Assembly (NCBI GenBank): GCA_964016885.1
Contig: OZ024743.1
Span: forward strand, 270,072,001-270,136,000
Direction of reading: 5' to 3'
DNA: 64,000 nt
From: Eledone cirrhosa
Taxonomy: Eukaryota
Positions 26,501 through 39,000 of this stretch are shown here, piece after piece (positions within the stretch are counted from its first letter, which is position 1; each line of letters opens with the position of its first letter). The position numbers were made by a program, and so were the translations under genes. A model generated the notes under the pieces. The model saw only the letters and a program-made list of their open reading frames with translations. It was not told the DNA's origin and searched no databases.

Positions 26501-29500
26501 GGTGTTTGTGGTGTTGGGGTTAGTGTTTGAGGAGGTGTTGATTTTAGTGGTGTTGGTAGTAGTGTTTGAGGTGGTGTTGATGTTAGTGGTGTTGGTAGTA
26601 GTGTTTGAGATGGTGTTGATGTTAGTGGTGTTGGTAGTAGTGTTTGAGGTGGTGTTGATGTTAGCGGTGTTGGTAGTAGTGTTTGAGGTGGTGTTGATGT
26701 GAGCGGTGTTGGTAGTAGTGTTTGAGGTGGTGTTGATGTTAGTGGTCTTGGTAGTAGTGTTTGAGGTGGTGTTGATGTTAATGGTGTTGGTAGTAGTGTT
26801 TGAGGTGGTGTTGATGTTAGTGGTGTTGGTGGTAGTGTTTGAGGTGGTGTTAATGTTAGTGGTGTTGGTAGTAGTGTTTGAGGTGGTGTTGATGTTAGCG
26901 GTGTTGGTAGTAGTGTTTGAGGTGGTGTTGATGTTAGCGGTGTTGGTAGTAGTGTTTGAGGTGGTGTTGTTGTTATTGGTGTTGGTAGTAGTGTTTGAGG
27001 TGGTGTTGATGTTAGCGGTGTTGGTAGTAGTGTTTGAGGTGGTGTTGATGTTAGTGGTGTTGGTGGTAGTGTTTGAGGTGGTGTTGATGTTAGCGGTGTT
27101 GGGGTAGTGTTTGGAGTGGTGTTGATGTTAATGGTGTTGGTAGTAGTGTTTGAGGTGGTGTTTATGTTAGTGGTGTTGGTAGTAGTGTTTGTGGTGGTGT
27201 TGATGTTAGTGGTGTTGGTAGTAGTGTTTGAGGTGGTGTTGATGTTAGTGGTGTTGGTAGTAGTGTTTGAGGTGGTGTTGACGTTAGTGGTGTTGGTAGT
27301 AGTGTTTGAGGTGGTGTTGATGTTAGTGGTGTTGGTAGTAGTGTTTGAGGTGGTGTTGATGTTAGTGGTGTTGGTAGTAGTGTTTGAGGTTGTGTTGATA
27401 TTAGCGGTGTTGGTAGTAGTGTTTGAGGTGGTGTTGATGTTAGCGGTGTTGGTAGTAGTGTTTGAGGTGGTGTTGATGTTAGTGGTGTTGGTAGTAGTGT
27501 TTGTGGTGGTGTTGATATTAGCGGTGTTGGTAGTAGTGCTTGAGGTGGTGTTGATGTAAGTGGTGTTGGTAGTAGTGTTTGAGGTGGTGTTGATATTAGC
27601 GGTGTTGGTAGTAGTGTTTGAGGTGGTGTTGATGTTAGCGGTGTTGGTAGCAGTGTTTGAGGTGGTGTTGATGTTAGTGGTGTTGGTAGTAGTGTTTGAG
27701 GAGGTGTTGATGTTAGCGGTGTTGGTAGTAGTGTTTGAGGTGGTGTTGATGTTAGCGGTGTTGGTAGTAGTGTTTGAAGTGATGTTGATGTTAGCGGTGT
27801 TGGTAGTAGTGTTTGAGGTGGTGTTGATGTTAGTGGTGTTGGTAGTAGTGTTTGAGGTGGTGTTGATGTTAGTGGTGTTGGTAGTAGTGTTTGAGGTGGT
27901 GTTGTTGATTTTAGTGGTGTTGGTAGTAGTGTTTGAGGTGGTGTTGATGTTAGTGGTGTTGGTAGTAGTGTTTGAGGTGGTGTTGATGTTAGTGGTGTTG
28001 GTAGTAGTGTTTGAGGTGGTGTTGATGTTAGCGGTGTGGGTAGTAGTGTTTGACGTGGTGTTGATGTTAGTGGTATTGGGGTAGTGTTTGGAGTGGTGTT
28101 GATGTTAATGGTGTTGGTAGTAGTGTTTGAGGTGGTGTTGATGTTAGCGGTGTTGGTAGTAGTGTTTGAGGAGGTGTTGATGTTAGTGGTGTTGGTAGTA
28201 GTGTTTGAGGTGGTGTTGATGTTAGTGGTGTTGGTAGTAGTGTTTGAGGTGGTGTTGACGTTAGTGGTGTTGGTAGTAGTGTTTGAGGTGGTGTTGATGT
28301 TAGTGGGGTTGGTAGTAGTGTTTGAGGTGGTGTTGATGTTAGTGGTCTTGGTAGTAGTGTTTGAGGTGGTGTTGATGTTAGTGGTGTTGGTAGTAGTGTT
28401 TGAGGTGGTGTTGATGTTAGCGGTGTTGGTAGTAGTTTTTGAGGTGGTGTTGATGTTAGTGGAGTTGGTAGTAGTGTTTGAGGTGGTGTTGATGTTAGTG
28501 GTGTTGGTAGTAGTGTTTGAGGTGGTGTTGATGTTAGTGGTGTTGGTAGTAGTGTTTGAGGTGGTGTTGACGTTAGTGGTGTTGGTAGTAGTGTTTGAGG
28601 TGGTGTTGATGTTAGTGGGGTTGGTAGTAGTGTTTGAGGTGGTGTTGATGTTAGTGGTGTTGGTAATAGTGTTTGAGGTGGTGTTGATGTTAGTGGTGTT
28701 GGTAGTAGTGTTTGAGGCGGTGTTGATGTTAGTGGTGTTGGTAGTAGTGTTTGAGGTGGTGTTGACGTTAGTGGTGTTGGTAGTAGTGTTTGAGGTGGTG
28801 TTGATGTTAGTGGGGTTGGTAGTAGTGTTTGAGGTGGTGTTGATGTTAGTGGTGTTGGTAGTAGTGTTTGAGGTGGTGTTGATGTTAGTGGTGTTGGTAG
28901 TAGTGTTTGAGGTGGTGTTGACGTTAGTGGTGTTGGTAGTAGTGTTTGAGGTGGTGTTGATGTTAGTGGAGTTGGTAGTAGTGTTTGAGGTGGTGTTGAT
29001 GTTAGTGGTGTTGGTAGTAGTGTTTGAGGTGGTGTGGTTGTTAGTGGTGTTGGTAGTAGTGTTTGAGGTGGTGTTGATGTTAGTGGTGTTGGTAGTAGTG
29101 TTTGAGGTGGTGTTGATGTTAGCGGTGTTGGTAGTAGTGTTTGAGGTGCTGTTGATGTTAGCGGTGTTGGTAGTAGTGTTTGAGGTGGTGTTGATGTTAG
29201 CGGTGTTGGTAGTAGTGTTTGAGGTGGTGTTGATGTTAGTGGTGTTGGTAGTAGTGTTTGTGGTGGTGTTGATATTAGCGGTGTTGGTAGTAGTGCTTGA
29301 GGTGGTGTTGATGTAAGTGGTGTTGGTAGTAGTGTTTGAGGTGGTGTTGATATTAGCGGTGTTGGTAGTAGTGTTTGAGGTGGTGTTGATGTTAGCGGTG
29401 TTGGTAGTAGTGTTTGAGGTGGTGTTGATGTTAGTGGTGTTGGTAGTAGTGTTTGAGGTGGTGTTGATGTTAGTGGTGTTGGTAGTAGTGTTTGAGGTGG

Positions 29501-32500
29501 TGTTCATGTTAGTGGTGTTGGTAGTAGTGTTTGAGGTGGTGTTGATGTTAGCGGTGTTGGTAGTAGTGTTTGAGGTGGTGTTGATGTTAGCGGTGTTGGT
29601 AGTGGTGTTTGAAGTGATGTTGATGTTAGCGGTGTTGGTAGTAGTGTTTGAGGTGGTGTTGATGTTAGTGGTGTTGGTAGTAGTGTTTGAGGTGGTGTTG
29701 ATGTTAGTGGTGTTGGTAGTAGTGTTTGAGGTGGTGTTGTTGATTTTAGTGGTGTTGGTAGTAGTGTTTGAGGTGGTGTTGATGTTAGCGGTGTTGGTAG
29801 TGGTGTTTGAAGTGATGTTGATGTTAGCGGTGTTGGTAGTAGTGTTTGAGGTGGTGTTGATGTTAGTGGTGTTGGTAGTAGTGTTTGAGGTGGTGTTGAT
29901 GTTAGTGGTGTTGGTAGTAGTGTTTGAGGTGGTGTTGTTGATTTTAGTGGTGTTGGTAGTAGTGCTTGAGGTGGTGTTGATGTTAGTGGTGTTGGTAGTA
30001 GTGTTTGTGGTGGTGTTGATGTTAGTGGTGTTGGTAGTAGTGTTTGAGGTGGTGTTGATGTTAGCGGTGTGGGTAGTAGTGTTTGACGTGGTGTTGATGT
30101 TAGTGGTATTGGGGTAGTGTTTGGAGTGGTGTTGATGTTAATGGTGTTGGTAGTAGTGTTTGAAGTGGTGTTGATGTTAGTGGTGTTGGTAGTAGTGTTT
30201 GAGGAGGTGTTGATGTTAGTGGTGTTGGTAGTAGTGTTTGAGGTGGTGTTGATGTTAGTGGTGTTGGTAGTAGTGTTTGAGGTGGTGTTGACGTTAGTGG
30301 TGTTGGTAGTAGTGTTTGACGTGGTGTTGATGTTAGTGGTGTTGGTAGTAGTGTTTGAGGTGGTGTTGATGTTAGCGGTGTTGGTAGTAGTGTTTGAGGT
30401 GCTGTTGATGTTAGTGGTGTTGGTAGTAGTGTTTGAGGTGCTGTTGATGTTAGTGGTGTTGGTAGTAGTGTTTGAGGTGGTGTTGATGTTAGCGGTGTTG
30501 GTAGTAGTGTTTGAGGTGGTGTTGATGTTAGTGGTGTTGGTAGTAGTGTTTGAGGAGGTGTTGATGTTAGCGGTGTTGGTAGTAGTGTTTGAGGTGGTGT
30601 TGATGTTAGCGGTGTTGGTAGTAGTGTTTGAGGTGGTGTTGATGTTAGCGGTGTTGGTAGTAGTGTTTGAAGTGATGTTGATGTTAGCGGTGTTGGTAGT
30701 AGTGTTTGAGGTGGTGTTGATGTTAGTGGTGTTGGTAGTAGTGTTTGAGGTGGTGTTGATGTTAGTGGTGTTGGTAGTAGTGTTTGAGGTGGTGTTGATG
30801 TTAGTGGTGTTGGTGGTAGTGTTTGAGGTGGTGTTGATGTTAGCGGTGTTGGTAGTACTGTTTGAGGTGGTGTTGATGTTAGTGGTGTTGGTAGTAGTGT
30901 TTGAGGTGGTGTTGATGTTAGTGGTGTTGATAGTAGTGTTTGAGGTGGTGTTGATGTTAGTGGTATTGGTAGTAGTGTTTGAGGTGGTGTTGATGTTAGT
31001 GGTGTTGGTAGTAGTGTTTGACGTGGTGTTGATGTTAGTGGTGTTGGTAGTAGTGTTTGAGGTGGTGTTGATGTTAGTGGTATTGGTAGTAGTGTTTGAG
31101 GTGGTGTTGATGTTAGTGGTGTTAATAGTAGTGTTTGAGGTGGTATTGATGTTAGTGGTGTTGGTAGTAGTGTTTGAGGTGGTGTTGATGTTAGTGGTGT
31201 TGGTAGTAGTGTTTGAGGTGGTGTTGATGTTAGTGGTGTTGGTAGTAGTGTTTGAGGTGGTGTTGATGTTAGCGGTGTTGGTAGTAGTGTTTGAGGTGGT
31301 GTTGATGTGAGCGGTGTTGGTAGTAGTGTTTGAGGTGGTGTTGATGTTAGCGGTGTTGGTAGTAGTGTTTGAGGAGGTGTTGATGTTAGTGGTGTTGGTA
31401 GTAGTGTTTGAGGTGGTGTTGATGTTAGTGGTGTTGGTGGTAGTGTTTGAGGTGGTGTTGATGTAAGTGGTGTTGGTAGTAGTGTTTGAGGTGGTGTTGA
31501 TGTTAGCGGTGTTGGTAGTAGTGTTTGAGGTGGTGTTGATGTTAGCGGTGTTGGTAGTAGTGTTTGAGGTGGTGTTGTTGTTATTGGTGTTGGTAGTAGT
31601 GTTTGAGGTGGTGTTGATGTTAGCGGTGTTGGTAGTAGTGTTTGAGGTGGTGTTGTTGTTATTGGTGTTGGTAGTACTGTTTGAGGTGGTGTTGATGTTA
31701 GTGGTGTTGGTAGTAGTGTTTGAGGTGGTGTTGATTTTAGTGGTGTTGGTAGTAGTGTTTGAGGTGGTGTTGATGTTAGTGGTGTTGGTAGTACTGTTTG
31801 AGGTGGTGTTGATGTTAGTGGTGTTGGTAGTAGTGTTTGAGGTGGTGTTGATGTTAGTGGTGTTGGTAGTAGTGTTTGAGGTGGTGTTGATGTTAGTGGT
31901 GTTGGTAGTACTGTTTGAGGTGGTGTTGATGTTAGTGGTGTTGGTAGTAGTGTTTGAGGTGGTGTTGATGTTAGCGGTGTTGGTAGTAGTGTTTGACGTG
32001 GCGTTGATGTTAGTGGTATTGGGGTAGTGTTTGGAGTGGTGTTGATGTTAATGGTGTTGGTAGTAGTGTTTGAGGTGGTGTTTATGTTAGTGGTGTTGGT
32101 AGTAGTGTTTGAGATGGTGTTGATGTAAGTGGTATTGGTAGTAGTGTTTGAGGTGGTGTTGACGTTAGTGGTGTTGGTAGTAGTGTTTGAGGTGGTGTTG
32201 ATGTTAGTGGTGTTGGTAGTAGTGTTTGAGGTGGTGTTGACGTTAGTGGTGTTGGTAGTAGTGTTTGAGGTTGTGTTGATGTTAGTGGTGTTGGTAGTAG
32301 TGTTTGAGGTGGTGTTGATGTTAGTGGAGTTGGGTGTAGTGTTTGAGGTGGTGTTGATGTTAGTGGTCTTGGTAGTAGTGTTTGAGGTGGTGTTGATGTT
32401 AGTGGTGTTGGTAGTAGTGTTTGAGGTGGTGTTGATGTTAGTGGTGTTGGTAGTAGTGTTTGAGGTTGTGTTGATATTAGCGGTGTTGGTAGTAGTGTTT

Positions 32501-35500
32501 GAGGTGGTGTTGATGTTAGCGGTGTTGGTAGTAGTGTTTGAGGTGGTGTTGATGTTAGTGGTGTTGGTAGTAGTGTTTGTGGTGGTGTTGATATTAGCGG
32601 TGTTGGTAGTAGTGCTTGAGGTGGTGTTGATGTAAGTGGTGTTGGTAGTAGTGTTTGAGGTGGTGTTGATATTAGCGGTGTTGGTAGTAGTGTTTGAGGT
32701 GGTGTTGATGTTAGTGGTGTTGGTAGTAGTGTTTGAGGTGTTGGTAGTAGTGTTTGAGGAGGTGTTGATGTTAGCGGTGTTGGTAGTAGTGTTTGAGGTG
32801 GTGTTGATGTTAGCGGTGTTGGTAGTAGTGTTTGAGGTGGTGTTGATGTTAGCGGTGTTGGTATTAGTGTTTGAAGTGATGTTGATGTTAGCGGTGTTGG
32901 TAGTAGTGTTTGGAGTGGTGTTGATGTTAATGGTGTTGGTAGTAGTCTTTGAAGTGGTGTTGATGTTAGTGGTGTTGGTAGTAGTGTTTGAGGAGGTGTT
33001 GATGTTAGTGGTGTTGGTAGTAGTGTTTGAGGTGGTGTTGACGTTAGTGGTGTTGGTAGTAGTGTTTGAGGTGGTGTTGATGTTAGTGGTGTTGGTAGTA
33101 GTGTTTGACGTGGTGTTGATGTTAGTGGTGTTGGTAGTAGTGTTTGAGGTGGTGTTGATGTTAGCGGTGTTGGTAGTAGTGTTTGAGGTGCTGTTGATGT
33201 TAGTGGTGTTGGTAGTAGTGTTTGAGGTGGTGTTGATGTTAGCGGTGTTGGTAGTAGTGTTTGAGGTGGTGTTGATGTTAGTGGTGTTGGTAGTAGTGTT
33301 TGAGGTTGTGTTGATATTAGCGGTGTTGGTAGTAGTGTTTGAGGTGGTGTTGATGTTAGCGGTGTTGGTAGTAGTGTTTGAGGTGGTGTTGATGTTAGTG
33401 GTGTTGGTAGTAGTGTTTGAGGAGGTGTTGATGTTAGCGGTGTTGGTAGTAGTGTTTGAGGAGGTGTTGATGTTAGTGGTGTTGGTAGTAGTGTTTGAGG
33501 TGGTGTTGATGTTAGTGGTGTTGGTAGTAGTGTTTGAGGTGGTGTTGATGTTAGCGGTGTTGGTAGTAGTGTTTGAGGTGGTGTTGATGTTAGCGGTGTT
33601 GGTAGTAGTGTTTGAAGTGATGTTGATGTTAGCGGTGTTGGTAGTAGTGTTTGAGGTGGTGTTGATGTTAGTGGTGTTGGTAGTAGTGTTTGAGGTGGTG
33701 TTGATGTTAGTGGTGTTGGTAGTAGTGTTTGAGGTGGTGTTGATTTTAGTGGTGTTGGTGGTAGTGTTTGAGGTGGTGTTGATGTTAGCGGTGTTGGTAG
33801 TACTGTTTGAGGTGGTGTTGATGTTTGTGGTGTTGGGTTAGTGTTTGAGGAGGTGTTGATTTTAGTGGTGTTGGTAGTAGTGTTTGAGGTGGTGTTGATG
33901 TTAGTGGTGTTGGTAGTAGTGTTTGAGGTGGTGTTGATGTTAGTGGTGTTGGTAGTAGTGTTTGAGGTGGTGTTGATGTTAGCGGTGTTGGTAGTAGTGT
34001 TTGAGGTGGTGTTGATGTGAGCGGTGTTGGTAGTAGTGTTTGAGGTGGTGTTGATGTTAGTGGTGTTGGTAGTAGTGTTTGTGGTGGTGTTGATGTTAGT
34101 GGTCTTGGTAGTAGTGTTTGAGGAGGTGTTGATGTTAGTGGTGTTGGTAGTAGTGTTTGAGGTGGTGTTGATGTTAGTGGTGTTGGTGGTAGTGTTTGAG
34201 GTGGTGTTGATGTTAGTGGTGTTGGTAGTAGTGTTTGAGGTGGTGTTGATGTTAGCGGTGTTGGTAGTAGTGTTTGAGGTGGTGTTGATGTTAGCGGTGT
34301 TGGTAGTAGTGTTTGAGGTGGTGTTGTTGTTATTGGTGTTGGTAGTAGTGTTTGAGGTGGTGTTGATGTTAGCGGTGTTGGTAGTAGTGTTTGAGGTGGT
34401 GTTGATGTTAGTGGTGTTGGTGGTAGTGTTTGAGGTGGTGTTGATGTTAGCGGTGTTGGTAGTACTGTTTGAGGTGGTGTTGATGTTTGTGGTGTTGGGG
34501 GTAGTGTTTGAGGTGGTGTTGATGTTAGTGGTGTTGGTAGTAGTGTTTGAGGTGGTGTTGATGTTAGTGGTGTTGGTAGTAGTGTTTGAGGTGGTGTTGA
34601 TGTTAGTGGTGTTGGTGGTAGTGTTTGAGGTGGTGTTGATGTTAGCGGTGTTGGTAGTACTGTTTGAGGTGGTGTTGATGTTTGTGGTGTTGGGGGTAGT
34701 GTTTGAGGAGGTGTTGATTTTAGTGGTGTTGGTAGTAGTGTTTGAGGTGGTGTTGATGTTAGTGGTGTTGGTAGTAGTGTTTGAGGTGGCGTTGATGTTA
34801 GTGGTGTTGGTAGTAGTGTTTGAGGTGGTGTTGATGTTAGCGGTGTGGGTAGTAGTGTTTGACGTGGTGTTGATGTTAGTGGTATTGGGGTAGTGTTTGG
34901 AGTGGTGTTGATGTTAATGGTGTTGGTAGTAGTGTTTGAAGTGGTGTTGATGTTAGTGGTGTTGGTAGTAGTGTTTGAGGAGGTGTTGATGTTAGTGGTG
35001 TTGGTAGTAGTGTTTGAGGTGGTGTTGACGTTAGTGGTGTTGGTAGTAGTGTTTGAGGTGGTGTTGATGTTAGTGGTGTTGGTAGTAGTGCTTGACGTGG
35101 TGTTGATGTTAGTGGTGTTGGTAGTAGTGTTTGAGGTGGTGTTGATGTTAGCGGTGTTGGTAGTAGTGTTTGAGGTGCTGTTGATGTTAGTGGTGTTGGT
35201 AGTAGTGTTTGAGTTGGTGTTGATGTTAGCGGTGTTGGTAGTAGTGTTTGAGGTGGTGTTGATGTTAGTGGAGTTGGTAGTAGTGTTTGAGGTGGTGTTG
35301 ATGTTAGTGGTGTTGTTAGTAGTGTTTGAGATGGTGTTGATGTTAGTGGTGTTGGTAGTAGTGTTTGAGGTGGTGTTGATGTTAGTGGTGTTGGTAGTAG
35401 TGTTTGAGGTTGTGTTGATATTAGCGGTGTTGGTAGTAGTGTTTGAGGTGGTGTTGATGTTAGCGGTGTTGGTAGTAGTGTTTGAGGTGGTGTTGATGTT

Positions 35501-36069
35501 AGTGGTGTTGGTAGTAGTGTTTGAGGAGGTGTTGATGTTAGCGGTGTTGGTAGTAGTGTTTGAGGTGGTGTTGATGTTAGCGGTGTTGGTAGTAGTGTTT
35601 GAGGTGGTGTTGATGTTAGTGGTGTTGGTAGTAGTGTTTGAGGAGGTGTTGATATTAGCGGTGTTGGTAGTAGTGTTTGAGGTGGTGTTGATGTTAGTGG
35701 TGTTGGTAGTAGTGTTTGAGGTGGTGTTGATGTTAGTGGTGTTGGTAGTAGTGTTTGAGGTTGTGTTGATGTTAGTGGTGTTGGTAGTAGTGTTTGAGGA
35801 GGTGTTGATATTAGCGGTGTTGGTAGTAGTGTTTGAGGTGGTGTTGATGTTAGTGGTGTTGGTAGTAGTGTTTGAGGTGGTGTTGATGTTAGTGGTGTTG
35901 GTAGTAGTGTTTGAGGTTGTGTTGATATTAGCGGTGTTGGTAGTAGTGTTTGAGGTGGTGTTGATGTTAGCGGTGTTGGTAGTAGTGTTTGAGGTGGTGT
36001 TGATGTTAGTGGTGTTGGTAGTAGTGTTTGAGGTGGTGTTGATATTAGCGGTGTTGGTAGTAGTGTTTG

Positions 36070-39000
36070 AGGTGGTGTTGATGTTAGTGGTGTTGGTAGT
36101 AGTGTTTGAGGTGGTGTTGATGTTAGTGGTGTTGGTAGTAGTGTTTGAGGTTGTGTTGATATTAGCGGTGTTGGTAGTAGTGTTTGAGGTGGTGTTGATG
36201 TTAGCGGTGTTGGTAGTAGTGTTTGAGGTGGTGTTGATGTTAGTGGTGTTGGTAGTAGTGTTTGAGGAGGTGTTGATGTTAGCGGTGTTGGTAGTAGTGT
36301 TTGAGGTGGTGTTGATGTTAGCGGTGTTGGTAGTAGTGTTTGAGGTGGTGTTGATGTTAGCGGTGTTGGTAGTAGTGTTTGAAGTGATGTTGATGTTAGC
36401 GGTGTTGGTAGTAGTGTTTGAGGTGGTGTTGATGTTAGCTGTGTTGGTAGTAGTGTTTGAGGTGGTGTTGATGTTAGTGGTGTTGGTAGTAGTGTTTGAG
36501 GTGGTGTTGACGTTAGTGGTGTTGGTAGTAGTGTTTGAGATGGTGTTGATGTTAGTGGTGTTGGGGGTAGTGTTTGAGGTGGTGTTGAATTTAGTGGTGT
36601 TGGTAGTAGTGTTTGAGGTGGTGTTGATGTTAGTGGTGTTGGGGGTAGTGTTTGAGGTGGTGTTGATTTTAGTGGTGTTGGTAGTAGTGTTTGAGGTGGT
36701 GTTGATGTTAGTGGTGTTGGTAGTAGTGTTTGAGGTGGTGTTGATGTTAGTGGTGTTGGTAGTAGTGTTTGACGTGGTGTTGATGTTAGTGGTATGGGGT
36801 AGTGTTTGGAGTGGTGTTGATGTTGATGGTGTTGGTAGTAGTGTTTGAGGTGGTGTTGATGTTAGTGGTGTTGGTAGTAGTGTTTGAGGTGGTGTTGATG
36901 TTAGTGGTGTTGGTAGTAGTGTTTGACGTGGTGTTGATGTTAGTGGTATGGGGTAGTGTTTGGAGTGGTGTTGATGTTGATGGTGTTGGTAGTAGTGTTT
37001 GAGGAGGTGTTGATGTTAGTGGTGTTGGTAGTAGTGTTTGAGGTGGTGTTGATGTTAGTGGTGTTGGTAGTAGTGTTTGAGGAGGTGTTGATGTTAGTGG
37101 TGTTGGTAGTAGTGTTTGAGGTGGTGTTGATGTTAGTGGTGTTGGTAGTAGTGTTTGAGGTGGTGTTGACGTTAGTGGTGTTGGTAGTAGTGTTTGAGGT
37201 GGTGTTGACGTTAGTGGTGTTGGTAGTAGTGTTTGAGGTGGTGTTGATGTTAGTGGAGTTGGTAGTAGTGCTTGAGGTGGTGTTGATGTAAGTGGTGTTG
37301 GTAGTAGTGTTTGAGGTGGTGTTGATATTAGCGGTGTTGGTAGTAGTGTTTGAGGTGGTGTTGATGTTAGCGGTGTTGGTAGTAGTGTTTGAGGTGGTGT
37401 TGATGTTAGCGGTGTTGGTAGTAGTGTTTGAGGTGGTGTTGATGTTAGTGGTGTTGGTAGTAGTGTTTGAGGTGGTGTTGATATTAGCAGTGTTGGTAGT
37501 AGTGCTTGAGGTGGTGTTGATGTTAGTGGTGTTGGTAGTAGTGTTTGAGGAGGTGTTGATGTTAGTGGTGTTGGTAGTAGTGTTTGCGGTGGTGTTGATG
37601 TTAGTGGTGTTGGTGGTAGTGTTTGAGGTGGTGTTGATGTTAGTGGTGTTGGTAGTAGTGTTTGAGGTGGTGTTGATGTTAGCGGTGTTGGTAGTAGTGT
37701 TTGAGGTGGTGTTGATGTTAGTGGTGTTGGTGGTAGTGTTTGAGGTGGTGTTGATGTTAGTGGTGTTGGTGGTAGTGTTTGAGGTGGTGTTGATGTTAGT
37801 GGTGTTGGTAGTAGTGTTTGAGGTGGTGTTGATGTTAGTGGTGTTGGTAGTAGTGTTTGGGGTGGTGATGATGTTAGTGGTGTTGGTAGTAGTGTTTGAG
37901 GTGGTGTTGATGTTAGTGGTGTTGTAAGTAGTGTTTGAGGTGGTATTGATGTTAGTGGTGTTGGCGGTAGTGTTTGGGGTGGTGTTTATGTTAGTGGTGT
38001 TGGCGGTAGTGTTTGAGGTGGTGTTGATGTTAGTGGTGTTGGTAGTAGTATTTGAGGTGGTGTTGATGTCAGTGGTGTTGGCGGTAGTGTTTGGGGTGGT
38101 GATGATGTTAGTGGTGTTGGTAGTAGTGTTTGTGGTGGTGTTGATGTTAGTGGTGTTGGCGGTAGTGTTTGGGGTGGTGTTGATGTTAGTGGTTTTGGGG
38201 TAGTGTTTGGAGTGGTGTTGATGTTAGTGGGGTTGGAGGTAGTGTTTGAGGTGGTGTTGATGTTAGTGGTGTTGGTAGTAGTGTTTGAGGTGGTGTTGAT
38301 GTTAGTGGTGTTGGTAGTAGTGTTTGACGTGGTGTTGTTGTTAGTGGTGTTGGTAGTAGTGTTTGAGGTGGTGTTGATGTTAGTGGTGTTGGTAGTACTG
38401 TTTGAGGTGGTGTTGATGTTAGTGGTGTTGGTAGTAGTGTTTGAGGTGGTGTTGATGTTAGTGGTGTTGGTAGTAGTGTTTGAGGTGGTGTTGATGTTAG
38501 CGGTGTTGGTAGTAGTGTTTGAGGTGGTGTTGATGTTAGTGGTGTTGGTAGTAGTGTTTGAGGTGGTGTTGATGTTAGTGGGGTTGGTAGTAGTGTTTGA
38601 GGTGGTGTTGATGTTAGTGGTGTTGGTAGTAGTGTTTGAGGAGGTGTTGATGTTAGTGGTGTTGGTAGTAGTGTTTGAGGTGGTGGTGGTGTTAGAGGTG
38701 TTGGTAGTAGTGTTGGAGGTGGTGTTGATGTTAGTGGTGTTGGTAGTAGTGTTTGAGGAGGTGTTGATGATAGTGGTGTTGGTAGTAGTGTTTGAGGTGG
38801 TGTTGATGTTAGTGGTGGTGGTAGTAGTGTTTGAGGTGGTGTTGATGTTAGTGGTGTTGGGGTAGTGTTTGAGGTGGTGTTGATGTTAGTGGTGTTGGTA
38901 GTAGTGTTTGAGGTGGTGTTGATGTTAGTGGTGTTGGTAGTAGTGTTTGAGGTGGTGTTGATGTTAGTGGTGTTGGTAGTAGTGTTTGAGCAGGTGTTGA

